Shown: positions 1 through 11,186, counted from the stretch's first letter. The stretch is DNA of 64,000 nt from an uncultured Methanosarcinaceae archaeon (GCA_963721455.1 CAVRJG010000041.1:32001-96000); one strand, 5' to 3'. The notes: generated from the letters alone by a model not told the origin. Numbers and translations are program-made.

Positions 1-84
1 TTGGAGTGCTTATGGTGATAAATTTATGGCAAAAAGAAGATTGAAGTTTCCATCAGTTATGATGACATTCCTACGAAACTAGCT

Positions 85-534
85 TGTAAATTTATTCGGA
101 AAGATTCTGAATTCCTACAGGAACAAGTTATCAAACAAACAATTAATCTGTTATACACAAATGAGTTTAAAGGCCCTCTTGAAGAATTCCAAGAAGCTTT
201 GGATCATTACATGTTGAAACAGTATGAAGATACAATTCATAAGTCAAATAAGGCATTTGAGAGCACAATGAAATCTGTTTTAACGAAACTAAACATTAGT
301 TTCAGCCCAGATGATACTGCCGAAACGCTTTTAGAACGGCTAATAAAAAAAGAATTCATTTATAAATATACAAAGTCCTTATTTATGGGTCTACCTATGA
401 TAAGGAACAAACAAGGTGGTCATGGACAAGGAATAGACCCTAAAGAAGTTAATCAAAGTTATGCAGAGTTGACATTAAACTTAGCTGGAACATTTATTGT
501 GTTTCTGGTAACCAGATATCAAGAATTGAAATAA
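85..534 (+). pseudogene. 5'-truncated Abi_C-like / STM4504-CBY_0614-like protein fragment
   Basis: Frame 1 is open from ~22 and reads KFIRKDSEFLQEQVIKQTINLL..EEFQEALDHY..KAFESTMK..LPMIRNKQGGHGQG, resembling abortive-infection C-terminal domains; in-frame TGA TAA at 16-21 and no good start. Confidence 0.5.
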
Positions 535-696
535 TTAGTTTTAGTCAATATATGACTCTGTTTCAAAATCTAGTGATTAATCATTGAGCGTGAAGCTTTT
601 ACAACTCCTGTTTTCAGGCAAGTCTAACTTTTTGGGAGCCAATTAGAGGTTTCAGTGAAATTTTAAGGACTTATGTAGCTTAATGTGCAAAATGAA

Positions 697-741
697 GCCT
701 TCACACGGCGGAGGTCCTGAGTTCGAATCTCAGCGGGCCCA
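697..741 (+). repeat. tRNA-Val(CAC) 3'-half copy 1 (att-like site)
   Basis: GCCTTCACACGGCGGAGGTCCTGAGTTCGAATCTCAGCGGGCCCA: anticodon loop CAC, T-arm CTGAG-TTCGAAT-CTCAG and acceptor 3' strand; no D-arm or 5' strand upstream. Confidence 0.9.
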
Positions 742-854
742 CTCTTCATTTTTGTCTTTATTTTTGGTCTTAAGAGTATATAGAACACCTTTTCTGACTT
801 TTTGAAAAAACAAATTAGACCAGATTATAGAATCCTATCAATCACAGCTAAAAC

Positions 855-1205
855 TTACTTTTTATAACCAAACTTTTTATCGTACTTTTTATGATCAATT
901 ATGTCAAGAACTAATACAATTATTTCAATACCTGAACTTCCTGCTGTAAGCGTGTAAAGCATCCTCCAGAAATTAGGGAGTTCCACTCTAAACAGATTCG
1001 TTATTTCATATTTGGTTTTGTATTCGGCAGGAATCAGTTTTTTGGCAATTGGTTGCCCATAGTGGATATTCTCCTTTAGAAGTTCCACTTTCTGAAGGAA
1101 AGCATTAAGGATTATCTCTTCCTGCTTTGATTCTGGTGCCTTACTCAGGAGAGAATTATATGCATTTGCGGCCTCCGGGGTCAGGATCACTCGAACAGAT
1201 TTCAT
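855..1205 (-). CDS. putative RelE/ParE-like toxin
   Basis: 116 aa, basic, NLFRVELPNFWRMLYTL..VLVLDIIDHKKYD pattern; start overlaps the upstream stop by 4 bp (ATGA). Confidence 0.55.
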   Translation of the reverse strand: MKSVRVILTPEAANAYNSLLSKAPESKQEEIILNAFLQKVELLKENIHYGQPIAKKLIPAEYKTKYEITNLFRVELPNFWRMLYTLTAGSSGIEIIVLVLDIIDHKKYDKKFGYKK

Positions 1206-1480
1206 AGTTCAAGTCCCTGAACCACTGCCTTTCTCAGGTTTTCATTCCTGCTGTGAATCCAGGTTACTCCCTTAAGCCCGACAGCAATTTTATTGCTCTG
1301 CTCCAGATAGTCCAGAATAACCATCAGAGTATTATGATTTACCTGTCTTGGCAACATTTTTTTGAGTTCAGCAACTGTTACAACGCTGTTAGGGCTGTTT
1401 TTCAGAGTGTCTTCGACCATAAGAATAGTATTAAGAGTTGGGGAAGGCTTTGCTTTATCAGAACTTAGTGCTTCTGCCAT
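1202..1480 (-). CDS. winged-helix protein, putative antitoxin
   Basis: 92 aa, VAELKKMLPRQVNHNTLMVILDYLEQSNKI wHTH-like; translationally coupled to the toxin-like ORF. Confidence 0.55.
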   Translation of the reverse strand: MAEALSSDKAKPSPTLNTILMVEDTLKNSPNSVVTVAELKKMLPRQVNHNTLMVILDYLEQSNKIAVGLKGVTWIHSRNENLRKAVVQGLEL

Positions 1481-1548
1481 TTATATTTCTCCAGTAGATT
1501 TGTAACAGTTTTAACGTTTCGCTTTTCAGAGATGATTGCGTAATAAAA

Positions 1549-1566
1549 AGTTATTGATTAATAACT
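1549..1566. promoter_or_regulatory. palindromic operator candidate upstream of the TA-like pair
   Basis: AGTTATT-GATT-AATAACT, perfect 7-bp arms, ~70 bp upstream of the wHTH start. Confidence 0.4.
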
Positions 1567-1810
1567 AATTGATATTTACAGATACTTATGTTTTCCGGAG
1601 TAAGATTTTTTGGGTTATTTTAATTTTCACTTATCAGAATATAGAAAAAGTTAGAGTAAGAAAGAGACAACAAACGATTGTTAATATGGCACTTCAAATC
1701 AATTAATGAATTTTTGTTTAGTAACTAATTTTGAAACTTGTCTTTTAACCTTGATAATAAAAAGGCGGTGAAAACAAAAAATATAAGGGAGTAATACTAT
1801 AGAAAGATTT

Positions 1811-4101
1811 ATGATAAGTATTAAACCTAGTAATTTTTTTATTTCTCTACTTTTATTTATATTGTTTTCTTCAGCAAATTGTTCAGGTGCAATTATCAAT
1901 GTAGGCCCAGGAACTTCCTTTCACCCTACAGGCTCAAACGACGAAACTGTTATTAACGCTGCCATACAATCAGCGAATTCAGGTGACACTGTACAGCTTG
2001 CATCAACCACATTTCACATAAGTTCACCCATAATCATGAAATCAGGGGTAACTCTTAACGGAAATGGGATTGGTGCGACAGTAATCTATTGTGACAATCC
2101 TGGCTCTAATTTTGCAACTAAAAATATTATTAACTGTGAAGGTATTTCTGATATTGAAATTTCAAATTTCTTAATTGATGGTGGTTGGGAATCATTAAGC
2201 GTAATGCATGCAGCAAGCAACAAGTATAGGGAGTATGAAAAAGGAGTTTATTTGGCTGGATGTTCAAATGTAGTTATTCACGACTTAAAAATGCAATACA
2301 GTATGGGTGACTTTATTATCTGTAAAAAAAATACCAGCAATGTTCAAGTTTATAATACAGTGTGTAAACCTGGTCATGACAGTTTTGATGCATGGTCAGC
2401 CGGTAATGGAATTTCAATATTTAATAATTGCTGGGGCACTTTTATAAATTCTTGCATTAAAATTCATAATACGAAAAACGTTCAAATTTACAAGAATACT
2501 TTCTATACCGACACTGGTTCTGGCAATGCTGGTGTAGAAGTAATGGGAGGTAATGTAACAGGCCTTAATATTTGTAATAATATATTTTCAACACTTCAAT
2601 TAAATACAATTTATCAAGACCTCAGCTGATGGTGCTTGTTCAGGCAGAGGTACTGTTTCAAATAATATATTCTATAACAGTCCTGCATATAATGGAATTA
2701 GTGGTATGAATATTAAATCAACTGGCAATATAGTAACCAGCTCCTATTCATGCTCCAGGGGTACAAAAGATTATGGATATGTTGCAGACAATGGTACAAG
2801 AAATTTGCCTGTTTACAATGGTTCCGTGGTACCTTCTGTTACTTTTCCAACTAATTGCAGTACAATTTCAACTGTTAACGGATATGTAAGTATAAGCTGG
2901 ACATATTTAAATGCAACCAGTTATTCTATCAATGTATATAATAGTACATCAAAATTCGATTCTTCTCACTTAATATATAGTCTTAACACTTCACAAACAT
3001 CTGCAAATGTACCAATTAAGCTACAATGGATCGTTTGCTATAAGAATCGGTGCACATGATGACGTTCATAATTTGTGGGTATACAACAGTCCTGTAAGTT
3101 TGTTCACAGTAAGTGGCAAAAAATCGGCTACAGTTTATTCCGGTATATTTGGATATTTAACAGATGCAACTACAGGTCAACCTATTCAGAGTGCTGTAAT
3201 AACATTATCAAATAATACGTGGAATTGTACTCAAATTACTGATGTTGATGGGCTTTACCAATTCACTTTGAACAGTGGAAAAGGCACGTATTGTTTAACT
3301 GCTTCAGCAACAGGCTATCTTAACAGTCCTGAATTACCAGTAAATATGACAGGTATAAATACAGAAATGAATTTGAAAAGGACTGAAGCACCTGATTATT
3401 GTGCACCACACTATGTACAATTATATGTTTCTACTGATTCAAATGAGAGGATTCCTGGGTGTGAGGTTCAGATTTATGCACCAAATAATGACCCACGTAA
3501 TGAAAAACCGAATTTTTGTGCCTGGACAAATAAAGACGGTAGAGCAAGTTTCCATTTGACTCAAGATGTCACATATAAAATTGTAACAATTACTCTAGAT
3601 GGACAAAAGTACACCAGCACATTGACACCTGATCTGGATCAATATACCATTACAATACCTTCAGGTGCCACATCTGAAATACCTGCAATGAAGACTGTGA
3701 TCAGTGTAAATTGCACATATAAACAGATAAACAATACAGCAGCTTATATTAATGCAAGCTATTGTGATTCTTCATCACAGTCCAGCAACCTGACTTTTGT
3801 ACTGGGTACTATGAGTGATGGAAAAACATTTGTACCTTGTGGAATCTCAGGTACTAATGACAACGTAAGTAACCCTATAGGAGTGGTAACTGATTCTTTT
3901 ATAGTCACTAACTACCCTGGAAAAACATACACTGTGAGAATTACTGCGCAGTCTCAAACTTATGGTACTGTATGTGATACTGTTAATGTATCATTTCCAG
4001 GTAGTAATGTACTATATGCAGGGTCTAATATGAATTATTTCTGTGTTTTAATCTTAATTATTGCAGGACTGATATTGTCAAAAACTCGTAAGGCACATTA
4101 A
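1811..4101 (+). pseudogene. frameshifted secreted surface glycoprotein (right-handed beta-helix + carboxypeptidase-regulatory-like Ig domains + C-terminal TM)
   Basis: Three consecutive ORFs (1811-2629, 2706-3059, 3007-4101) give signal peptide, pectin-lyase-like repeats, TDATTGQPIQSAVITL..TDVDGLYQF and a hydrophobic C-terminus; breaks near 2600 and 3020. Confidence 0.65.
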
Positions 4102-4231
4102 TCATCTGTGCCTTATTATGAATTTTTCATTTTATGGAACAGTGTTCTGGTGATTTGATTCCTCATTTAATGAGATAGAAAGGTCTACAGCATTTGGCTC
4201 GTCGATAACGGTGCAGATGTCGCATGTTCCA

Positions 4232-4276
4232 GCCTTCACAAGGCGGAGGTCCTGAGTTTGAATCTCAGCAGGCCCA
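4232..4276 (+). repeat. tRNA-Val 3'-half copy 2 (att-like site)
   Basis: GCCTTCACAAGGCGGAGGTCCTGAGTTTGAATCTCAGCAGGCCCA, 3 mismatches to copy 1. Confidence 0.88.
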
Positions 4277-4284
4277 TTTTTTAT

Positions 4285-4455
4285 TATCCTTATTTTCCGA
4301 TTCTAAGTGCGTAAAGAGCTTTTTTCCAGATGTTCAACTCTTGATTCGAGGTCAGCTTTTTCTTTTGTTGATCTTTATACTCGCTTCGAATTGTGAGCAC
4401 TTTTGAAGTCTCCTGTGTTGCAATGTCAAGTTTTTCTTGGAGATTCCTGCCAGCT
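4285..4455 (-). pseudogene. eroded C-terminal tail of a convergent gene (probable integrase)
   Basis: Minus strand reads ..NLQEKLDIATQETSKVL..ADLESRVEHLEK.. across frameshifts; homologous to the tails after copies 1, 3 and 4. Confidence 0.5.
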
Positions 4456-4600
4456 CATCTCTGTATTAATCCCGAGAAGCATAACATTTCAGTTAATATC
4501 TCATCAGGCTGAACTTCTCGTGGATCATTAAGATATAGCTCATGTACAGGACCAGCAATTCTTTTTCCACATCGTTTTGCGTTTTTCTGTATCTTATTTG
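4455..4600 (-). pseudogene. GyrI-like domain fragment
   Basis: IAGPVHELYLNDPREVQPDEILTE is a typical GyrI-like C-terminal motif; the rest is missing. Confidence 0.55.
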
Positions 4601-4749
4601 CGAATTCCAAAATAACTGAATTCATCGAGCATGAAAGTTTTGCCGTTAAATTTTCTGTAAGTTTTACGTATAATACCGCCATGAGAAACTTTTGAAGCTA
4701 AATGAAAGCTGTTAAAATCACATTATTTTGCACTCTTGCTAATATATCC

Positions 4750-5154
4750 TTAAATTGCCTTAACCCACGTCCTCCCATCCCATTTTTTCCAGTGCATTAT
4801 TATCATAGCACGGTTTAACAGAAGTTCTTCTCCCGAGTCAATGAAATCGTTTCCATTCTTGAGCCCATGTTCGAAAGTATATCTAAGGCGTCCGGAATAC
4901 CATTCTAAAAACTGTAAGAATGCTTCGAATTCCGATATCTTCAGATTCTGCATAAAGAATTCAATGCATATTTTTTGTAGCTGGTCCTGTCTCGGTAGCC
5001 AGAAATAATTAATTGAGTTATTTCCGGGATAGAGTAAAACCTCAACTTCTTCAGAAACAGGATTATAAACAAAATCTCCTGGTTGGAAAACCCATTTTCT
5101 TTGAATTTCCTTCGCTGATTCGCACATTTTGATATATTTTTCTGATGTATCCAC
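4750..5154 (-). CDS. hypothetical protein
   Basis: 134 aa ORF with GAGG RBS; MDTSEKYIKMC..WLPRQDQLQ..KKWDG. Confidence 0.7.
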   Translation of the reverse strand: MDTSEKYIKMCESAKEIQRKWVFQPGDFVYNPVSEEVEVLLYPGNNSINYFWLPRQDQLQKICIEFFMQNLKISEFEAFLQFLEWYSGRLRYTFEHGLKNGNDFIDSGEELLLNRAMIIMHWKKWDGRTWVKAI

Positions 5155-5293
5155 TTAACCATCCTCAGAAACCATCACTCACACAACAGTTAAAAGGCAT
5201 ATCCGAGCTAACTGAAAGTATTCGATCTCAAATGGTTCTTTAATAAGTCTCGCTAAAAGAAGAACAAGCTCTATTTTCTATTCCTGCCTTCAA

Positions 5294-5530
5294 TCATCCT
5301 TGATTCTTATTTTTAAGTTTCTCAAGCAGGCTCGATGCTCTTTCCTTAGCATCCTCAGTCTCCTGCGCATCTATGTCAATGGTAATATCCAGAATGTCCC
5401 CTTCTTTACTTTCAGAGGGCAGTAAAAAAAGAGGGATATTGATTTTAATTGTTTCTTTATCCCTCACAAGCAAGACCGCAACGCCTTCTTCGATCCTGTC
5501 TAATGTAACTTTAAAACTCTCCATAATCAT
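5294..5530 (-). CDS. DUF3006 family protein
   Basis: VTLDRIEEGVAVL..LLPSESKEGDIL motif; 4-bp overlap with the MBL gene. Confidence 0.85.
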   Translation of the reverse strand: MIMESFKVTLDRIEEGVAVLLVRDKETIKINIPLFLLPSESKEGDILDITIDIDAQETEDAKERASSLLEKLKNKNQG

Positions 5531-6813
5531 CTATCCAGTTTTGAGACCAGCTTTCCACTATCATCGTAGAGAGATGCTGTGTCACCACCGTTGTTCCATA
5601 TAGGATTGTCTAATTGCCAGTAAAGCTCAGTAGCTGAGTTTGTGCCCTTTCCAGTAAATACAGTTACGGTGGTTCCTGCATTCAGGGTGTAAGACAGAAA
5701 CGTATAGGTATGTTTATTGCCTTCATCTTCAATTTTCCAGCCGTTCAAGGAAACTGGAGAAGACCCCGTGTTTGATATCTGAACCCATTCATCTTGAAGA
5801 TTCAGGTCGCTCACATAAACAGTCGATTCCGCAGAACCTGGAGTTTTCGACTCTTTAGTTGTTGAATCTGTAGAAGTGTAAGCTCCGCTTCTACTGGAGA
5901 TAGTCCCGGTTTTTTCAGTTGTTACAGTATAAGTTGATCCGTCTGTTGTAACTATGATTGTGCCACCCAGATCCGTTCTATATACTGTTGAAGCCTTCTG
6001 CAGTCTATCAAGGATCTCATCATGAGGATGCCCATAGTCATTTCCTGCTCCAACTTCGATTATACTTACTTCAGGACTTACAGCTGAAATAAAGGCTTCT
6101 CCGCTGCCGGATGTGCTTGCATGATGTCCGACCTTAAGGATATCAGAATCTACATCGTACCCAGCTTCCATTATGTTTTCCTCTGATTCCAGACCTGCAT
6201 CTCCCATGAGCAAAAACGAAGTGTCGCCATACGTTACTTTGAGAACCACGGAGTTTTCATTCAGCTCGTCGGAGTATGCGCTTGCAGGATTCAGCACTTC
6301 GATATCAACAGCAGGGTCAAAATCAATTGTCTGACCAGCCCTAACTACCTCAAAAGGAATATTCTTTGTATCAATAGTGGTCAGCATATTCTCGTAAGTT
6401 TTAGAAGTATGAGGGTATCCACTGTCAACAAAATGTTCTACCTGGAAGTTGTTAAGAATATCGTTCATCCCGCCGATATGATCAGAATGCGGATGAGTTG
6501 CAACTACATAATCCAGTGTTGAAATTCCCTGGTCCTGCAAGTAAGCTGTGACAACTTTTCCCTGGTCACTTTCTCCTGAGTCAACTAACATGGATTTTCC
6601 ATCAATCTCCAGGAGGATTGAGTCTCCTTGACCAACATCCAGGAAATGCACTGTAAGGTTCTGGCCTGATTGAGTGACGGTATTTTGAGTAGTTGTAGGA
6701 CTCGTTTGTTCCGAAGCTGTTTCAAAAGGAGTTTCTTTTGGATCTGTACATCCGGCTGCAATGAGTACCAGGGTCAGGCAGAAGATTGTGGCAGTCAGTT
6801 GTGAGGGTTTCAT
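5527..6813 (-). CDS. ComEC/Rec2-like MBL-fold hydrolase lipoprotein with C-terminal lamin-tail domain
   Basis: Lipobox IAAGC; FLDVGQGDS, THPHSDHIGG, LKVGHH, NDYGHPH; LTD motif EWVQISNTG..LNGWKI..IWNNGGD. Confidence 0.9.
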   Translation of the reverse strand: MKPSQLTATIFCLTLVLIAAGCTDPKETPFETASEQTSPTTTQNTVTQSGQNLTVHFLDVGQGDSILLEIDGKSMLVDSGESDQGKVVTAYLQDQGISTLDYVVATHPHSDHIGGMNDILNNFQVEHFVDSGYPHTSKTYENMLTTIDTKNIPFEVVRAGQTIDFDPAVDIEVLNPASAYSDELNENSVVLKVTYGDTSFLLMGDAGLESEENIMEAGYDVDSDILKVGHHASTSGSGEAFISAVSPEVSIIEVGAGNDYGHPHDEILDRLQKASTVYRTDLGGTIIVTTDGSTYTVTTEKTGTISSRSGAYTSTDSTTKESKTPGSAESTVYVSDLNLQDEWVQISNTGSSPVSLNGWKIEDEGNKHTYTFLSYTLNAGTTVTVFTGKGTNSATELYWQLDNPIWNNGGDTASLYDDSGKLVSKLDR

Positions 6814-7292
6814 TAATATATTAATGCGTCAGAGGTATTAGAAACTTGCATTGAGCTCTCTTAAAACTTATTTTGTTCTTAAAAGCTACAAAGATGAAAA
6901 TTAAAACCAAAAAGGAGTGCTTTAGACTTATATTTTTAGAATTCTATTCGATCTCAAATCCTTCTATACTAATGCAAGTGGTCTACCTTTTCTTCTCTTG
7001 CATTCTATAACTACAGAGATCTTATGGATGTAAAAAAGTTACAAACTATATTGTATGGATATTGGGAAATTCATTAACTCGTGGTAGCGGATAGCGAGAT
7101 TAGCCTTTAAGTCTCAAAACTATTGATTTTCTAACCTCCTATTTACAATGACAGCCAACAAATATTGAACGTTTAATTGGTCTCCCCCACCCACACGGCT
7201 TATTACGGATTATCTTCTCATTACTCGCCGACGCAGATTCGGCATAATAGTCTTCCTTTCTTCATCAGGATCTAAATATACTTTGCACAGTT

Positions 7293-7323
7293 GAGGTCCT
7301 GAGTTCGAATCTCAGCGGGCCCA
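7293..7323 (+). repeat. tRNA-Val 3'-end copy 3 (31 bp, att-like site)
   Basis: GAGGTCCTGAGTTCGAATCTCAGCGGGCCCA, identical to the last 31 bp of copy 1. Confidence 0.88.
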
Positions 7324-7326
7324 CCT

Positions 7327-7465
7327 ACTTCTCTTTTTTGTCATTATTTCCTGATTCTAAGAAAACATATACCTCTTTTTCTAATGCTTTAATCAGTGCT
7401 TCAAGGTTAGATTTTTTTCTTCTGGTTGTGCAACTTTGTTCGCCATTAAACTCTTCATCAAGGGA
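7327..7465 (-). pseudogene. eroded convergent gene tail (probable integrase)
   Basis: Minus strand LDEEFN..KVAQPEEK..SNLEALIKALEKEVYVFLESGNNDKKEK*. Confidence 0.5.
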
Positions 7466-7803
7466 AAGCGCATAAATAGGCTTTGTACTCTATATAGTTA
7501 TTGTTATATCTATATAGTTATATTGAAAAATGTGGGCTTAATGCCTCTATTGACAGATTGTAAGCTTTATAGATATTATTTAGGTAAACGGGACTTTAAA
7601 AGTCCTCTTAATCAGATAGCTCTTTTTGATGTGTAAGTGAATAAATAAACGCCTGTTTTATCCCGAAATAATTTCTCTCTTTGAAATTCTTATCTTACAA
7701 TTATACTCAGGTACAGACGATGAACACAAGCCCCTGATATACTATTGAAAATTTATTTATGTGTTGGAGTTTATATTATAGGATTAAAGGATTATAGGAG
7801 ATA

Positions 7804-7995
7804 ATGCGAATGGATGCAGCAACACAACATAAAATAGATGATAAACTGAAAGCCATACAGGCGAATGAGAAGAAGATAAGGGACGAGACTAAGAAAAAGG
7901 GCGAAGCTGAGAAAAAGATAAAAGAGTACAATGCAGCTAATGGTGTGCTTAGAAAAGAAATCAGTAAGTTAAAGGAAGAATCGAGCAAGAAGTGA
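7804..7995 (+). CDS. small Lys/Glu-rich coiled-coil protein
   Basis: GGAG RBS; 63 aa ending KEESSKK; shares upstream sequence with 8414-8656. Confidence 0.6.
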   Translation: MRMDAATQHKIDDKLKAIQANEKKIRDETKKKGEAEKKIKEYNAANGVLRKEISKLKEESSKK

Positions 7996-8413
7996 TAAAC
8001 AGGCTAAGCTTCAGTTAAGTAACTCCCCAAACCGCAAACTGGCAGGCAGGCATCATAAGTAATTAATCAAACATAATAACGTATTTACATATGTAAGTCG
8101 TATCATTATTCATGAAACTTGTCGATTTTTCTAATAAGTATAATAATTTTAAAACCCGGCTTGATGTTAATGTAACTTCGCTCAGTAACCATTTCAGTGA
8201 CTCCCATAATGTCGAAACACTTGGTGTTACGCTAGCTACTGTGGGTATATTATGTTATTACATTCTTCAAAAAATTCAGGAACGAAATAAAGGCTAGAAA
8301 TAAAAGCTAAACCACAATCAACCCCAAGCCAGCCCTCTCTCCACAATTGAAAATTTATTTATGTGTTGGGGTTTATGCATTATACTAAGTAAAAAGTAAT
8401 AAGAGGTGAAATA

Positions 8414-8656
8414 GTGCAAGCAGTTGCAGAAAAGCAGATAGAAGTCAAGAAAAAAGAATTAGAAGCTGTGAGGAAAGAGTTTGCTAAAAAAGAGGATGAA
8501 TTAAAACGACTAGAGGCAGAGAAGAAAATTGCAGATCATAGGCAAAAAGCGGAACTTAATAAACAGGTACAAGCAATTACAAATGAGTTGAAGAATATGA
8601 GTGAAGCCCTCAAAAAGATGGATAAATCCGTCAAAAAAAGGGAGAGTAAGAAATAG
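8414..8656 (+). CDS. small Lys/Glu-rich coiled-coil protein
   Basis: GAGGTG RBS, GTG start; 80 aa ending KKRESKK. Confidence 0.65.
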   Translation: MQAVAEKQIEVKKKELEAVRKEFAKKEDELKRLEAEKKIADHRQKAELNKQVQAITNELKNMSEALKKMDKSVKKRESKK

Positions 8657-8920
8657 GGGCTATCTTTTATTAGCGTGCCTATCCCAAAAGACGGTGAACG
8701 TCTTTGCACGTACAACCTGTCATAACGACATACAAAATACCGTTCATTAACTTTCTCATATCTGCACGTGGCCTTCCTGTGTGTGGTTTTTGTGGAGGAA
8801 GATAAGGTTCTATGGATTTCCATAGAACCTCATAGATTTCACGGAATGACATAAAAGTAAATTTATAATTCCAACATAATCTTAGTTTCGGGATAAGCTC
8901 AATTTTAGAAATTCATTATT

Positions 8921-9376
8921 TCATCGTTGTACATTAATATGCATTACTGCTTTGCTCACTTGACCCTCAGCGTTTTTTATTCTTAAATAAACTTTATACC
9001 TTCCTGGTTCTTTGAATGGATGTACAGGGTTCTTCAAAATTGATGTAGTTTTATCTCCAAAGCCCCAGAAGTATGTAAGTCGCCCATATTTCTTACCCCA
9101 TATGTATGGAACTGGTTTCCCGATACTCGTATCTGTGAATCTTATTGTCAATGGTCTATTTGGGTCATGAGTTGCAGTAAAAGCAGCAATAAGATTTGGG
9201 GCAACGACTTCAGGGTTAGATTTAATCGTTGTTGTATCATACATTGTTGTATCATACATTGTTGTATCCGTATTTGTATCGTCATTCGCAAGTGCTGCAA
9301 TTGCAGTCACAGATAATAAAATAATACTGATTAAAACTATACCTATTGTTTGCTTTAGTTTCATATGATTCCCCAC
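8921..9376 (-). CDS. secreted PKD-domain protein
   Basis: Signal peptide; FTDTS..WGFGDKTTS..NPVHPF.EPGRYKVYL; internal 15-bp DTTMY tandem repeat. Confidence 0.8.
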   Translation of the reverse strand: MGNHMKLKQTIGIVLISIILLSVTAIAALANDDTNTDTTMYDTTMYDTTTIKSNPEVVAPNLIAAFTATHDPNRPLTIRFTDTSIGKPVPYIWGKKYGRLTYFWGFGDKTTSILKNPVHPFKEPGRYKVYLRIKNAEGQVSKAVMHINVQR

Positions 9377-9893
9377 CTTAAATTTTCTTTATAATCAGTA
9401 CTTACTGTTCCTTTTTTACGGTCTTGCCATTTGTCAATTTTAATTTAAACAATTCTATTTTATATAAGTTATCAGCCGGATAAGAATTGTTGCACAAGTG
9501 AAGATTACAAAATACAGTAGAATAAGAGTATTTTTGCACAATCAGCAGAAAAGGTATATAAGCTGTTAGACATGTGGAGTTAGTTCTGAGGTAACATTCA
9601 ATTCTGTGAATTCATGGATGAAAGGATATATAACTGCTCTCCAAGAAATTGAAAGTAAATATACTCTATACATTCTTAAAGAATAAACTGTGCAGATGAT
9701 TGAGACTCTCATCTGGACAGCAATATTGATATTCTCCGCATGTAAACAGATAAAGGTTTGTTATAAATGGTTGAATACGAAATAAAGGAATTTAATCAAA
9801 ATGAGTAATGGGGAAGGGACTGATCATATACTCCTTTCCCTTCATTTTGACAAAACACATACTAAATTATAATAAAATTAAACAATAAATATA

Positions 9894-10023
9894 GAGTTGG
9901 TACCAAAACTCATTTTCAATCCTGGTCAATGGGATTTTTAGGATTCCTTTCACGATCTGAAGCTCGATTGGTCACTTGAAATGCGGGAACCGGAGAAGTA
10001 AATTTTGAGTTTTGGGATGAGCT
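9894..10023. mobile_element. MITE (~130 bp) whose right terminal repeat is interrupted by IS1
   Basis: Left end GAGTTGGTACCAAAACTCA matches the reverse complement of the right end TGAGTTTTGGGATGAGCT(C); non-coding interior. Confidence 0.65.
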
Positions 10024-11186
10024 GATGGTCCATCTTTATCCGATTGATGTTTTAAAACACCTGAATGTCAGCAGTTCCTTTAAAGTCCATTTTGACTTCG
10101 CAATTCCTGCCTCTCTCGCAGGTGTATTTTTGCATTCAACCCCTCTTTCATCTTTGTACTTTAATCCTCCATGACCTCTACAGAAGTTAAAATGCGTGCA
10201 ATAGAGCTTCATTTGGCTTTCTAACCACTCTTTCGCTTTTGAAAACCCTATTGTTTTTCTTGAAACTCTGTTGTTATCCTGCCTAAAAGTCAGGTTTTGT
10301 CTTTCAAGTAAAGTTGTTGAGATTTCGCTTTGTTCAATGTCTTCTCCAAAGATGATTTTCTTCTCTACTTTCTCAAGTACTCCATTTACTCTAGTTTTGA
10401 CTACCTGTGCATACTTCAAATCATCAGAGGGAACGATTTTTGGTTTCCTTGGTCTTCCTCTTTTCCCAGTTCTTGGAAACTCTCTCAAAACTCCAAATTG
10501 TTTTAATAGAGCTTCCCTATAGAATTTCAGTCCATCTGTGACAAAAAGAGGGATTTTATCTGAAAGATGTTTATCGATTAATTCAACCAGCTTGTCTGCA
10601 ACATACTGTTTTCTTGGACCTATTATAAAATCAAGTATTAGCCTACAACCTGGTACAAAAGCTACCCACATCCAGGGCCCATCGTCTTCATAATCTTTCA
10701 TTCTTGGAACTATTTTTTTTGGATTATAATCCATAATTCGTCCATTTCTACCTTTGACACATCCACGTTCTTCATCAGAGTATCATTTACTTTATCGCAT
10801 TGTTCAGCTGCACGAGCTAACCATCGTTTTACACTGGCAGATTCTACCTCTAAAACATCGGCAATGGCTTCGATGCTCATTCCTTTCATAGACATCTTTA
10901 AAGCTAAATCGATAGTTTGCTCATCTTTGCGAAGATCATGATAAAAAGTGCCTGTATGGTCATTGAATACTTTGCCGCAGTGGCGGCAAAGATATCTTCT
11001 TGTTTTTTCTCCACGGCTTATGTAAGTTCCATTTCCAATAACATTGCCTTGATTAGTAAGCCCATAGAGCTTACAGTCTTTATTCGGACAGGCAACGTTA
11101 ATGAATTGTGGTTTTGGACCTCTTTTCCCCATAATATAAACATAGGATTCTCATATATAATATCAATCAGATACAAATTGACTATC
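10024..11186 (-). mobile_element. complete IS1-family insertion sequence (1163 bp)
   Basis: Imperfect ~25-bp TIRs GATGGTCCATCTTTATCCGATTGAT / GATAGTCAATTTGTATCTGATTGAT; 8-bp TSD GATGAGCT at 10016-10023 and 11187-11194. Confidence 0.9.
10036..11132 (-). CDS. IS1-family transposase, InsA (Zn-ribbon/HTH) + InsB (DDE) joined by a -1 frameshift
   Basis: CPNKDC..CRHC + HTH + EMDELW; A8 tract at 10713-10720; downstream FVTDG..LERQNLTFRQ. Confidence 0.88.

Noticed and set aside
4224-4406. 60-aa ORF
   Set aside because: It reads through the tRNA fragment and antisense to the eroded tail; spurious.
8112-8297. 61-aa ORF between the coiled-coil genes
   Set aside because: No RBS and no recognisable motif.
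10710-10720. Pyrrolysine read-through of the TAG ending IS1 ORF A
   Set aside because: The DDE domain continues in the -1 frame after the A8 tract, which matches IS1 frameshifting rather than amber read-through.
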